64,000 nucleotides of DNA from Macrostomum lignano (taxonomy: Eukaryota): positions 248,001 to 312,000 of the forward strand of contig NIVC01000530.1 in NCBI GenBank assembly GCA_002269645.1, given 5' to 3'. Every line of letters begins with the position of its first letter. The stretch's first letter is position 1. Below the pieces are notes generated by a model, which did not search any database, was not told where the DNA came from, and saw only the letters and a list, made by a program, of their open reading frames with translations. A program made the translations under genes and the position numbers. Below, piece by piece: positions 11,501 through 26,887 of this stretch.

Positions 11501-11822
11501 CAGTCAGTCAGTCAGTCAGTCAGTCAGTCAGCTGTTCACCTTGCAGAGAGTGTCCCGGTCCCGATTAGCCGCACTGGCTGCTCAGCGCAGAGGCCCCGGC
11601 GCACTTCGGATGCAGTCGCTGGCAGCCGCGGCCTCTGCAGGCGCCGGCAGCAGCGCGTACGACTACCCGTCCACGAATGCGACAGCTCAGGGCAGCAGGA
11701 GCCACAGTGAGGCCGGAGAGTCCAACAACATACCCAGTGTCTACTTGGTGCTCACTCCGTCCAGAAGGTCTCAGCAGCAGCAGCAGCTGGTCAGCAGCTT
11801 TGAGCCGAGGCAGCAGAGCTGA
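2578..11822 (+). CDS. Receptor A: 14-exon type-I membrane protein (744 aa): signal peptide, discoidin-like N-domain, 4 Ig-like domains, TM, Tyr-motif tail; appears intact
   Basis: Exons 2578-2665, 2732-2920, 8052-8218, 8303-8369, 8437-8609, 8686-8827 (GC donor), 8919-9073, 9259-9442, 10091-10257, 10343-10487, 10563-10681, 10771-11023, 11127-11236, 11547-11822. All phases are compatible, the total is 2235 nt and open, and the structure is the same in A'. Leader MKSTLWQLLPLLLSMRVAA; TM LLVASASVIAVIVMVGIASA; tail has YDYP and SVYLVL. Domain names are motif-level inference. Confidence 0.85.
3333..7226 (-). CDS. Copia gag-pol polyprotein, one reading frame interrupted by a single TAA at 6648-6650
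   Basis: Gag MSFDAKLLVEKLDSSNYTVWKFKM; zinc knuckle CFFCNKPGHLKKHC (after the stop, same frame); protease WIVDSGATNHM; GAG-pre-integrase LWHQRYGH; integrase IHSDVCGPM/LRTDNGGEY/NGVAERMNRTL; RT QMDVVTAFLNG, YVDDILL; RNase H YSDADWAG, RSKHIDIRHHFVRE. Confidence 0.95.
7370..7381 (-). promoter_or_regulatory. Copia primer-binding site for the 5' half of initiator tRNA-Met
   Basis: GGTTATGGGCCC directly abuts the 5' LTR and is complementary to the anticodon-stem region (GGGCCCATAACC) of tRNAiMet, as in Drosophila copia. Confidence 0.85.
7660..8030. repeat. 39-bp minisatellite array in intron 2 of A (~9-10 units)
   Basis: Unit GAGACAGTGTGAGACCAGCTAGCATCTAATTAGCACTCT, ending in the exon-3 acceptor region. 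Confidence 0.95.
9491..10073. repeat. 15-bp C-rich minisatellite (CACCCAGCCACCCCT)n in intron 8 of A
   Basis: Direct reading; shorter paralogous array at 42418-42667. Confidence 0.95.
11287..11531. repeat. (TCAG)n microsatellite in intron 13 of A
   Basis: Direct reading. Confidence 0.97.
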
Positions 11823-12717
11823 GAGATGCTGAAAGCAGGGAATAAACTGATTTTTTCTACGACCTACTTTGAAGTCGTTTTCTACTCAAAAACTACAATA
11901 TAAAACTTTTACTTCGTCAATTTTATAGTTCGACTGGTCATCAGAGTTTGTAGCCGTGAAAAAAGGATTTTTATGTCTTTAAGTGAAATCGAGTACTTTT
12001 CTGCTTCTTTAAAATGATTATTTTAACAATAGCATTAAGTTATGATAAAAAGTAAATACAATAAAATAAATTATTGCAGAACATTGTCTTTCCAGACAAA
12101 TAAAAAAGCAAAGAAAAGTTGATCAAGAAAGGAGACAGATTCTATCGCAAAATCCAAGGTGCACAAACTCCAAATTCGGGACTGAAAGCTTATTTAATAA
12201 TTTCAGCTGAAGGTGCGTGTTGAACATTTTGTCTGTTACCCTCTGTGAGTAGCGCAGCAGGTAGCCCTGACAGATGCCATGCAGTGTAGTTTTCGTCTAT
12301 GATGACAGCAGAAGCTTCAATAGTTTTCGAGCGGAAGCGGCAGTGGTATGACATTTTTGTATTTGCATCCTGGTTCAGTAACGCAGTGCAGAATTATACA
12401 TGCGAATGTTTTACATGAGCAGTGCAACAACAAGCCTCAACGTGTCTCAATATTTTGAGTTCTCGGAGAACACGGTGCTTCCAATAAGCCTCGACTAGAA
12501 TTCATTCGTCTGGATTTCGGCTTGGAGCAGATCGGCTTATATCTGCACTGAAAATCTGTGCAGTTTTAATGAGCCGGCGTTAAGAGTACGACATTATGAA
12601 TTATGAATATTTTGATGAAACACAAGATTAATGTTTGAGATGTTTAGAGTTAGTTTTGCGTGTGGTTTCAGTGTTTTTACGTTAGAATTATACTCGTACC
12701 ATATTTTTATTAAAGGC

Positions 12718-13045
12718 TGGGGCTGTGGCGAACTTTAAGCGACATTGCCACACAACCGGAGAGAGGCATTGCTGCCCATTCCGCCGACTCCCCTGAGCAT
12801 GAGGCATGCAAGCGCGCGGATACGTACGCTGATATACGCACAGGCACACACACAACTTTATTTATGGTAAGGCATGTACACTTCCCTGTGCCTTGGGAGT
12901 TGGCCCTCAAAACCGTTAATTGCACGAGCAGAGCCAAGCCGAGATTTCAATTTATCCCCAAATTAATGTGACTGCACTTGGAATCGAGCCTGGGCCGCTG
13001 GCACATCAGAAGCGCCGCGCTAAACCACTAGGCGACAGACCCCCC
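12718..13045 (-). mobile_element. tRNA-derived SINE, family 1 (boundaries approximate)
   Basis: Minus-strand head GGGGGTCTGTCGCCTAGTGG (A-box-like)...GGCTCGATTCC (B-box-like), followed by a body shared with four other copies in the window. Confidence 0.75.
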
Positions 13046-13777
13046 TTCATTTATACGTATTCCACAGATCTTTATCTTTTGCGTTTGTCAATTTAATCTT
13101 ATCAGAAAAATTAAACTGTTGAGTCTTAAAATACCGCTGACTTGTTTTCCAGTATGAAAAAACAGATAAGGCTGTAAAGGATTTTTTTAGTTACATAAAC
13201 ACACATTGCACACCATTTCACGAAGAAAGTGAATGCCCAATGCACGAATTTGTGCATAGAATATGGACTGCTCATAACATGGTCAGGTGATTTGAAACGC
13301 AAGTCTCGAGGTCAATAAAAATCCATTAAAAGTCCATAACGGAGGTCGGAGGAGCTGAGAAGTCGATAATATAGCATAATAAATAATGCATATTTATTTT
13401 CTGGTTCATCATCAAGTCCAGCAGCCATTATGGTAAGTTGATAAGAACTATAAGTATGAAGGATTTGACTATCTTGAGTAATCTAAAACGATCAAAATGC
13501 CTTATTAACCTCTTTTATTATCTGATTTCGCATGTGTCAGCCAATATGTCTGCTGTCTTTCGCCACTCATTTAAAACTGATTGATGAATGATGCTCTCAG
13601 GTGAGTGCATTTTGGTCCAGTTTGCGTCTGGTTCAGTGGTTCAGTAATATTTTATTGTTTCTGCTTGATTTATTAATCACTGATCGTTGCGAACGCATTC
13701 ATGCTTGGATTTTTTCACTGTTTTGTTCTTATGTATAGCGTAATTGACTGTTGTGCTGTCCATTGCATAAAAGTGTT

Positions 13778-14265
13778 TTTTGAGATTTGAGATTTAGGAT
13801 TTTAGATATGAGATTGAGATTGGAGATTGATATTTGAGATTGAGATTCGAGATTGAGATTTGAGATTGAGATTTGAGATTGAAATTTGAGATTGAGATTT
13901 GAGATTGAGATTTGAGATTGAGATTCGAGATTCGAGATTGAAATTTGAGATTGAGATTGAGATTCGAGATTGAGATTTGAGATTCGAGATTTGAGATTGA
14001 GATTGAGATTGAGATTCGAGATTGAGATTTGAGATTGAGATTTGAGATTAAGATTTGAGATTGAGATTTGAGATTGAGATTTGAGATTGAGATTTGAGAT
14101 TGAGATTCGAGATTGAGATTTGAGATTGAGATTTGAGATTGAGATTTGAGATTGAGATTTGAGATTGAGATTTGAGATTGATACTGAGATTTGAGATTTG
14201 AGATTGAGATTTGTGATTGAGATTTGAAATTTGAAATTTGAGAGTTGGGATTGAGATTGAGTTTA
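13778..14265. repeat. (GAGATT/GAGATTT)n degenerate satellite
   Basis: Direct reading; paralogue at 48296-48800. Confidence 0.95.
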
Positions 14266-14920
14266 AGGAATTGCTGAGATGTCAAGGCTGAGGTCAAAAG
14301 CTGATTTGACCAGGAAATTAAGCAGAGATTTGAGCAGAGATTTGAGCAGAGATTTAGCCTCCTATAGTTTATTTAAACAATTTCCACTCTTTGTTGGCTC
14401 CCCAACGTGGGGTGCTCATTGCTAGGCAGACTGCCTTTATTACAAAATATTCAAAAGACGTCAAGAATTCAGTACCGGGCCTTACTGGCAAATCCCCAGA
14501 CTCCATCATCTCGAGACTAATCGGAGTCCGCTTAGTCCGATTATCCCTAGAAAGTACGCTCGTACTTCATGGTGTTCGGAATCCTCGAAGTACGAGCATG
14601 TACAGATGTACAAGCAAGTGTCAATGACTTAGTCAACAAAATCACCCGGGGTCAAAAAAGCAGATTTATCAATCTTTAAGCCTTATGTACGAGTCCTACA
14701 GTTGCCACCTGAGACAAAAACATTGCTCCATCTGGAAAATGAATCATGATCAAAGTCAGAAGTAGAGCTATATCAATGTCATTTCTATTCAAAGACCATA
14801 TTTCCTGCTCTTGGTGACATCAAGCTAGCTGTAAGCGGTCTCTTGAGAAGCTGCTGAGACCAGTAACTCTATCTGTAGCTCAGCACATCAACTTGAGTTG
14901 TTTGAATCGCCCAATTGCAG

Positions 14921-19512
<4,592 letters not shown>

Positions 19513-20362
19513 TTGCATGCTGCAAGGGTAATTTATTCTCAATTATCAACGTTAAGGCACTAAAGACTAAGATAAGTAGAAAAGGCGATACAATACAATG
19601 TGGTCAGCCATGATTTGTTTAATTGCTCGTTACGTGAATACCTAGTATTAAATCTAAAATGATTATGTTTTTCAAGTTTTGATTTATAATTTTAGTGCCA
19701 ATCATTTGGCGTTTATCACGAGGCAGTTGGTGTTTATCAATCCTTTTTTCACCAAACACACAACTTCACTTCACCTTTACAGTGTAAGCGAGTTCACTTT
19801 TCTTTATTAGCTTATAAAGTATTCGAAGCACTGAGAGAAACCATATATTGCAACTGTAATTTCGTCCTCACTGGACAGTTTACTACTATCGCGAACATGC
19901 TTGGCTTGAAGTAAAACAAATTGAATAAAAATATCTTGACTGCTGTGTCAGTTGCTTTGGCTAATACAAAATACAGGAGTTAAAGAGTTTTAAATAAGCC
20001 AAACTGATTGAAGTCAAATGTAAGGATTTAAATATTCACTTGAGTACTTAAAATAGCCTTTGTAAGAACAGTCCATTTTTCATGGACATTAACTGTAGCA
20101 GCAGTTCACGGCAATCGCCAGAGAGCGGTATTTGATGTAAACAAAGCAGGCAGTCATTAAATCTTCAAGTCTCGAGGCTGCATCCATCGAACACAGCATA
20201 AAACTTCTGTCAGAAAAACAACATCGGTGAAATTTTTCTTTACCTGAAGATTCGACTTTACATGATGGGTTTTTACAAAATTTTGCTGTGGCTGCTGCTC
20301 TGCAACACGAAATTCACCGACGGCAACTCAGACTGCTCGTCCACGAGCCAAGCCGGTGAGGC

Positions 20363-20450
20363 CAGCTGGCATCTAATGAGCACCCTGAGACAGTGTGAGA
20401 CCAGCTAGAATCTAATTAGCACTCTGAGACAGTGTGAGACCAGCTAGCAG
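20363..20450. repeat. 39-bp minisatellite remnant (~2 units) in D1
   Basis: Same unit as in A. Confidence 0.9.
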
Positions 20451-23400
20451 CCAAGCACTCGTGTTGCAGATGGCCAGTGGCTCGCAGCAGCTCCGGTCGG
20501 CTCGCCCGTGTCAGCGGTCGGAGCCTCGAGCCTCCCGCTGGAGCTGCAGCTGGAGGATCCGTGCCGCGCCAGCTTGGAGGCCTTCGGCAGCAGCAACCGC
20601 TGGAGGCAGATTGGTGTGAAAGTAGTAGATCAAGTAAGCTGCTTCATTTGAAGTATCTTAGCCTAATAATGAAATTAATAAATCCATCCATTCCACACTT
20701 CAGCCCGTAGTTCTTTCCTTGTGCAAAGTAGCTTGAGAACTGCTGGACTGAGCTGGAGGGCCGTCTCATTAACAGGTGTCTGAGAAATTTTGAAGCAATC
20801 ACTGAATCATAGCTTATTGTGAATTAAGTGCTTTAGAAGCAGTTGCATTTTTTCTTGTAGGTCGCTTTCTACCGCTGAGCCTCACAATAACTGACAACCG
20901 TTTTTGCCCTCTGAGAGACCTGTCCGCCTTGCACGATGGAGTTGAAGCCTGCTTCTCTGTTTCAAGATGCACCAGCGAATCAATTCGATGCTTCTTTAAC
21001 CTAAGCAATGGCGCAAATCTGGAGCCGAGACTGGTCTGCTCAACTCTTCTTTATAGCGAGCTATCAATAATTTTTCTTGCACTGGCTTAATACAAAATTC
21101 GTTTTTTCAGCTACGAAGCCAAAAGCAGCAAGCTGAATTCGAGTTCACAGCCAATTTCTCGCTGCACGGAGCACTGCTCACCTGTCTTCTGCCTGATCGG
21201 CCAGGGATTCGAATCGAGCAGACCATTGGAATCGTTGGTGAGAAAGAAGTGTCTGCCGGAGTTAAAAAATGTATTTAAAGTCCGCTTTGAAGATTACAAA
21301 TCGAAACATGCACTTTTCAGTCACACCAAGTGTTGAACTGTCGTTATCAACCGTGTGGGTGATTGGTCGCAGAGCCAAGGTGTACTTTGTCTCAAGCCCA
21401 GCTTATCCTCCTCAGCAGCACAGGTGCCAAATTATCTCTGACAGCAGCACCTGGGAACTGAATGAGCATTTTAGTAAGGTAAGTAGTATTATATTATTGT
21501 TGAAAATGCTGTACCTTGCCCAATCATGTACTTTTCCATGAAATAAACTTCCAGACTAGACAGGCTTATATCAGGAACAGCATCAACATGTCGCTAACTG
21601 AAGTGGAGTCTGAATTTGTTGTCACAGTCACGTCAGCCATGCTGAGGGGCACCGTGAGATGCAGTAGCAGCTATAAAAGTACAAGTCAAGGAGAAGTCAA
21701 GAAAGATATCGATATTTCAAGCATCAGTGGTAAGTGCTTGCATTAGAGAATCTCCTATACGCCCGATTGGAAGAGCCATAAGATCTCCTCATTTCAGAGC
21801 CTTGCACAACTGCCATTCGTGTAGACAACATCCAGTACTCGTATCAGGTTGTACAAGTGACGTCACAGAAGTGCAGCATTTGGAATGTTCAGCACAGCTG
21901 CTGGCTTGTCAAGCCCAAAGAAGATGTCCTGGAGCATCCAATTAAGCTTGCTGTACGGTTCTTTGATTTTGTAATAATGCTTACTATTCAGAAGTTACTG
22001 CAACAATATCTGATGTCTTCTATTGCAGCAAGACGGCTTCAGCAGCACTCACAGGTTGAATTTTATGAAACAAGAGCAGAAAAGAGACTGGCTAGTGAGA
22101 TGCAGCGTTAATCAGTCGGGAGTGACATACCCGGATGTGGAAATTGAGTTAGCAAGCGATGCTGACAGTGAGTCAAACGATGCATTCAATCACTGTTAAT
22201 ATTTCCAATGCAAGTTCAAAGGTTTTTTACCACTTGAATCTACACTACACGTTGCTACATTTGTACTCATATTAATACGAGCGTAATGCAAGAGACCAGC
22301 GAGCACCCCGACGCTACGTCTTCGGCGACCTTGTCCCGCAATCAGCTGCCCGTTCCGCTCACTCCTGATCACATACGAGCGTACGAGCGCCTCAATACTG
22401 CACTCAGGCACGCACTCATACGCACGCTCCCACAGGGTGTACAGCGGCCCTGACTTTCTAAGCGTCAGGCATGTACCTCTCTGTGCCTTAAGGGCTGGTC
22501 CTCATAAGCACTGAGCACGTTTGCTCTACTCACCTCCAGAATAAAAACAAATGAGCGTTTTTAATCGTATTCTGTTGGCTGCCATTAAAGCGACTTTTGA
22601 TAACAGTCAACCCACAGCCAGCGTGGAGTCGACCCAAATTAATTGGCCATTCCACATGTAAGCACTCGAGAGTGCGTACTTAAGCAACTATTCTTAATCG
22701 TTAAATTTTCAGGTAGTGTATCTTCATTTGCTTATTACCCCTACTTTGAGGTTGTAACTGTTGCGAGCCTAAGTGTTCGATGTGTAACTACTCTGCCACT
22801 TATCAACCCCTCTGTCTTCAGCTTTCTACTATCAGTGGGGACTGAGTTGCATAATTTTGCTGATTTTATCTGCCCTCGGCCTCATCCTGAGCTGCATGAT
22901 TATTCGAAGAATTCGCCGCGCTAAATCAGCAAAGCGAAACTCGACTTCAAGTAGAAGTTCGACATTCCCAGGACGACGTACCCTCCTCTCGAGTTCGGCC
23001 ACCTCGCCGCAGGCACAGGTAGGGTTAGCCACATATTTAGTTTGTACATTAGGGCACGCATGTAAGTGTCAAATACTGGTGTTTTGATGAAGAATAGCTT
23101 TAAACTAAAAGAAAATTCTAGCTACCAGGGGTTGTTTCGGCTATTCGCTCAAGCACTTTTGCTACTGGCTTTTGCCTGAAACTGAAGCTCTTTCTTAGAA
23201 TAGCCTGGACACAGATTGCCTGGTAAATAGCGCTGCTTATCTGATCAGAATTCAGGTGTGCACTGAAGCACAGTTCTAATAAGAACTTCTCTCAGCCTGA
23301 GCCGCGATATTGCCTAATTCCATGTGACTGTAAAATTCAGCAGTGAATTCCGGTGCATCTAATACCAGCTTTTCTAGAGCTAGATCCACTTTTGTTTCTT

Positions 23401-23514
23401 TAAAAGTTTAATTCCCATTCTAAATAGTAATACAGTAGAGATATTCTGCTGAGTTTGTGAAATGAATTGCGATCGCTTTCACTCAAGCGTGCTATGGCCT
23501 GTACGAGTATTCTA

Positions 23515-23910
23515 TGAAGCCGTAGCCCATTGGTCAATCATGGATGAATTAAACCATTGGTCTAGTGCGGCGCTCTGATGTGCCAGCGGCCCAGGCTCGA
23601 TTCCAAGTGCAGTCATTAGTTTGGGGCTAAATTGGAATCTCGGCTTGGCTCTGCTCATGCAATCAACGACCTTGAGGGTCAACCCCCAAGGCACAGTGAA
23701 GTGTACATGTCTAACGATAAATAAAGTTAGGGCCGCTGTACACTCCTGTGTGAGTGTGTGCCTGTGCGTATGACTGCGTACGTATCCGCGCGTTTGTGTG
23801 CCTGCTCAGGGGAGTCGGCGGAATGGACAGAAATGCCTCTCGCCGGTTGTGTGACAATGTCGCCTAAAGTGCACCATGGGTGCACACAGGTCCCTGCCTG
23901 CAACTAGAAC
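23515..23910 (+). mobile_element. tRNA-derived SINE family 1 copy (approximate)
   Basis: GCGGCGCTCTGATGTGCCAGCGGCCCAGGCTCGATTCCAAGTGCAG head plus shared body; at the same site in D2. Confidence 0.7.
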
Positions 23911-24030
23911 TACCCCTATATTCCATAGCCCATGCAGAATCATGAGCAGGCTGAACTGCTAAAAAGACAACAAATGACTTGGTATGGTCAAAGCAATCTG
24001 TTAACTTTCTCGTCTTTAAGGCCTACTAAA

Positions 24031-24300
24031 GTGTCAGCTGTTAGACATTCGTGTGTCAGCTGTTAGACATTCGTGTGTCAGCTGTTAGACATTCGTGTGT
24101 CAGCTGTTAGACATTCATGTGTCAGCTGTTAGACATTCGTGTGTCAGCTGTTAGACATTCGTGTATCAGCTGTTAGACATTCGTGTGTCAGCTGTTAGAC
24201 ATCCGAGTGTCAGCTGTTAGACATCCGAGTGTCAGCTGTTAGACATCCGAGTGTCAGCTGTTAGACATTCGAGTGTCAGCTGTTAGACATTCGTGTGTCA
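24031..24300. repeat. 22-bp minisatellite GTGTCAGCTGTTAGACATTCGT (~12 units)
   Basis: Direct reading; absent at the homologous position of D2. Confidence 0.93.
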
Positions 24301-25858
24301 GTCTGCGTCCTTGCGCTGATCGAAATGCTTGCAATTTGTAGGCCAATCAATTTATTTGTTATACTTGTAAACTCCCTAGTAATCAAGTGACTTCTAGACT
24401 CGAAACGGGTCTGTCATTTGAGACCGAAATTTTATTATTCCATTAGATCAAGACAACTATTCACCCATCAGTACAACCGTATTACTTTCGTATATAATAG
24501 CAATGGTTTGATAGTGGGAATAAAGATTTGGATTTATGCTGTAGCATGACATTGATGGAGCATATTTGGCTTGCCTACGCAATTTCTCAACTGTGAACAT
24601 TCATGCTGCTACAGGTAGCATCCCAGCGCAATGCTGTCGAGACCTTCCAGGTGCCAACTCTGCTGAACGAATTCGCAGTTCACAGCGACGGAGCGTCCGC
24701 TGGCAGCAGCGAATACGACTACCCAACTGGAGAACGCGACTCAATTTGCATACCAACAGGTGCCGTTACTTCCATCACGACTCAAACTGCTGGCTGAGAG
24801 CTAGGTGTACAGTCTGGAAGTGAAACTTGAGTCTTCTTTGAACTTCACTGCTGACCTTGGTGCATGCAGAGTTTATCCACGCTATTATAAATTCAGTAGT
24901 AAGCTTGCATATGAGCTCTGTGTGTATTGCAGCTCGCTATACAGTTATTCAATGCTAATATGATTTACAAGCAGTTTGTACTTTCTCTGGAAATTTGCAA
25001 TATAGTATCTGTGAACACCATTCATCGATTCATAGTGATTCAAACCTAAGAAAATATAACAACCGAATTTCTGATTTCCTATCATAGAGCTGCTTTGGTA
25101 TCAGCAGAGACGATGCAAACATTTTGCCATTATCGATATTTCCTTCATTCTGTCCGAATATAATATATTAAATCGCAAACCAACTCACAAATTTAGCAAG
25201 ATATCTGAGATGTTCTCGGATAGAAAGCTTGATCTGAAAGCTTGAGCGTATCTCTATCTGATCCGGCGCAACTGCAGAAGTTACCAACATTTGTAAACAG
25301 TAGACAGATTCTAGGAAAATCAGTGGTCTGCTGTAATTAATTATAATCTTGCACTTCTTACGTGAATTTCGTCCATCAAAACAGCCTTTGACTAACTGTG
25401 AGGCTAGCAAAGGCAAGCGTGTCAGAGGTCGCTTTTAAAAGCTAATAAAAGCCATGGATTATTGAATACGTTCGAGCAACGAGAAATTATGATCACTGTG
25501 ACGTTACACCGATCCGCCCAAAAAGCTTCTGAACAATCGCTTGAAAAACCATAGTTTACGTGTATATCCAAGTTTTAATCGCATTTCTGCTTGTAGCACC
25601 TGATTTTTTGCTGTTTTAGATTTTAGTAGTTTTGAAAGAACTTGGAGCCCTAACGCACTTGAAAACCTGCAACCTGCAATCTACCGTAAATACCTAGAAA
25701 CAACTTATTTTTAGCGTATCGGACTGGCTGAAAGCGCCACAGCGATTCTAATCAGATTTATAACTTGAACCGGAATGTGATGTCTCTCACCAAAGCGTAC
25801 AACCAGAAACTCACCGGCTGGGTCCTTCCTGGCTCGATGCTTCTTCCGAAAGAAAGGT

Positions 25859-26358
25859 CTGATAAAAAGCTCTTAGCATCTCTCTGACTATTCCGATGTT
25901 TTTAACTGACAACCGCTGAGACAAGTCGGAAAAGCGTGACTGAATACAGTAACAAGGTCGGATAAAAAGCTCTTAGCATCCCTCTGACTATTCCGATGTT
26001 TTTAACTGACAACCGTTAAGACCAGTCGGAAAAGCGTGACTGAATACAGTAACAAGGTCGGATAAAAAGCTCTTAGCATCTCTCACTGACTAGTCCGATG
26101 TTTTTAACTGACAACCGTTAAGACCAGTCGGAAAAGCGTGACTGAATACAGTAACAAGGTCTGATAAAAAGCTCTTAGCATCTCTCTGACTAGTCCGATG
26201 TTTTTAACTGACAACCGTTAAGACCAGTCGGAAAAGCGTGACTGAATACAGTAACAAGGTCGGATAAAAAGCTCTTAGCATCTCTCACTGACTAGTCCGA
26301 TGTTTTTAACTGACAACCGTTAAGACCAGTCGGAAAAGCGTGACTGAATACAGTAACA
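25859..26358. repeat. 100-bp tandem repeat, 5 units, upstream of E1
   Basis: GATAAAAAGCTCTTAGCATC recurs at 25861, 25961, 26061, 26163, 26263. Confidence 0.93.
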
Positions 26359-26887
26359 AAGACAATCTTAACTAGGAAAACGCCACTGCTCCGTATGCTA
26401 GACCGAACAGATATTGGTATATCCGCAACAGATTGGGAATATACTTGGGATAGGCAATTCATAATAACATCTTCTTTCAAAAGAACTATTTAAATCTAAA
26501 TTGAATTTCTCATCTTAAAGTTCCGCAATAATCAAATTTTAATAAAAATTTCACAGCCAGAAAGTGTCTGGGCTAAAAAAACTGTCACCTCTGTCTCTCC
26601 GGTCCTGCGATAGCAAGTGTGAAGATACAGAATTTCTATTCTACTAGTTTCAAGAGATCAGAAACGTGGCAAACTTGCCATGAAAGCACCAAAACACCAG
26701 ATGGAGTGAATGCCAGTGCAGTCCATTGCATTGCGATCAGATATGATGGGCTTTTATGCTGCTTGCTGGATGCAACGGAACACGTCACTTAAAATATAAA
26801 AGAAGCTGAATTAAGTCTGCGATTATAACTTTAAAACCGGATACCCAGCAACAGACTCGTAGCAGCAAAGATTTTAATAAAAGACCA

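Larger units (their letters stand above)
20262..24797 (+). pseudogene. Receptor D1 (Ig-type family, 3 Ig-like domains): exon 2 deleted and a 1-bp frameshift in exon 4
   Basis: Leader exon 20262-20355 (MMGFYKILLWLLLCNTKF) joins directly to the 39-bp array. At ~20713 GTTCTTTCC vs D2 GTTCGTTTCC gives a stop. Later exons are collinear with D2; TM exon from 22822 (FYYQWGLSCIILLILSALGLILSCMIIRR); tail exon 24615-24797 with SSEYDYP. The frameshift could be a sequencing error. Confidence 0.75.

Noticed and set aside
14650-14830. Extra upstream coding exon for B (CSIWK-like text, donor GCT|GTAAG)
   Set aside because: No ATG-initiated open frame consistent in both B and B'; could be UTR or decayed sequence.
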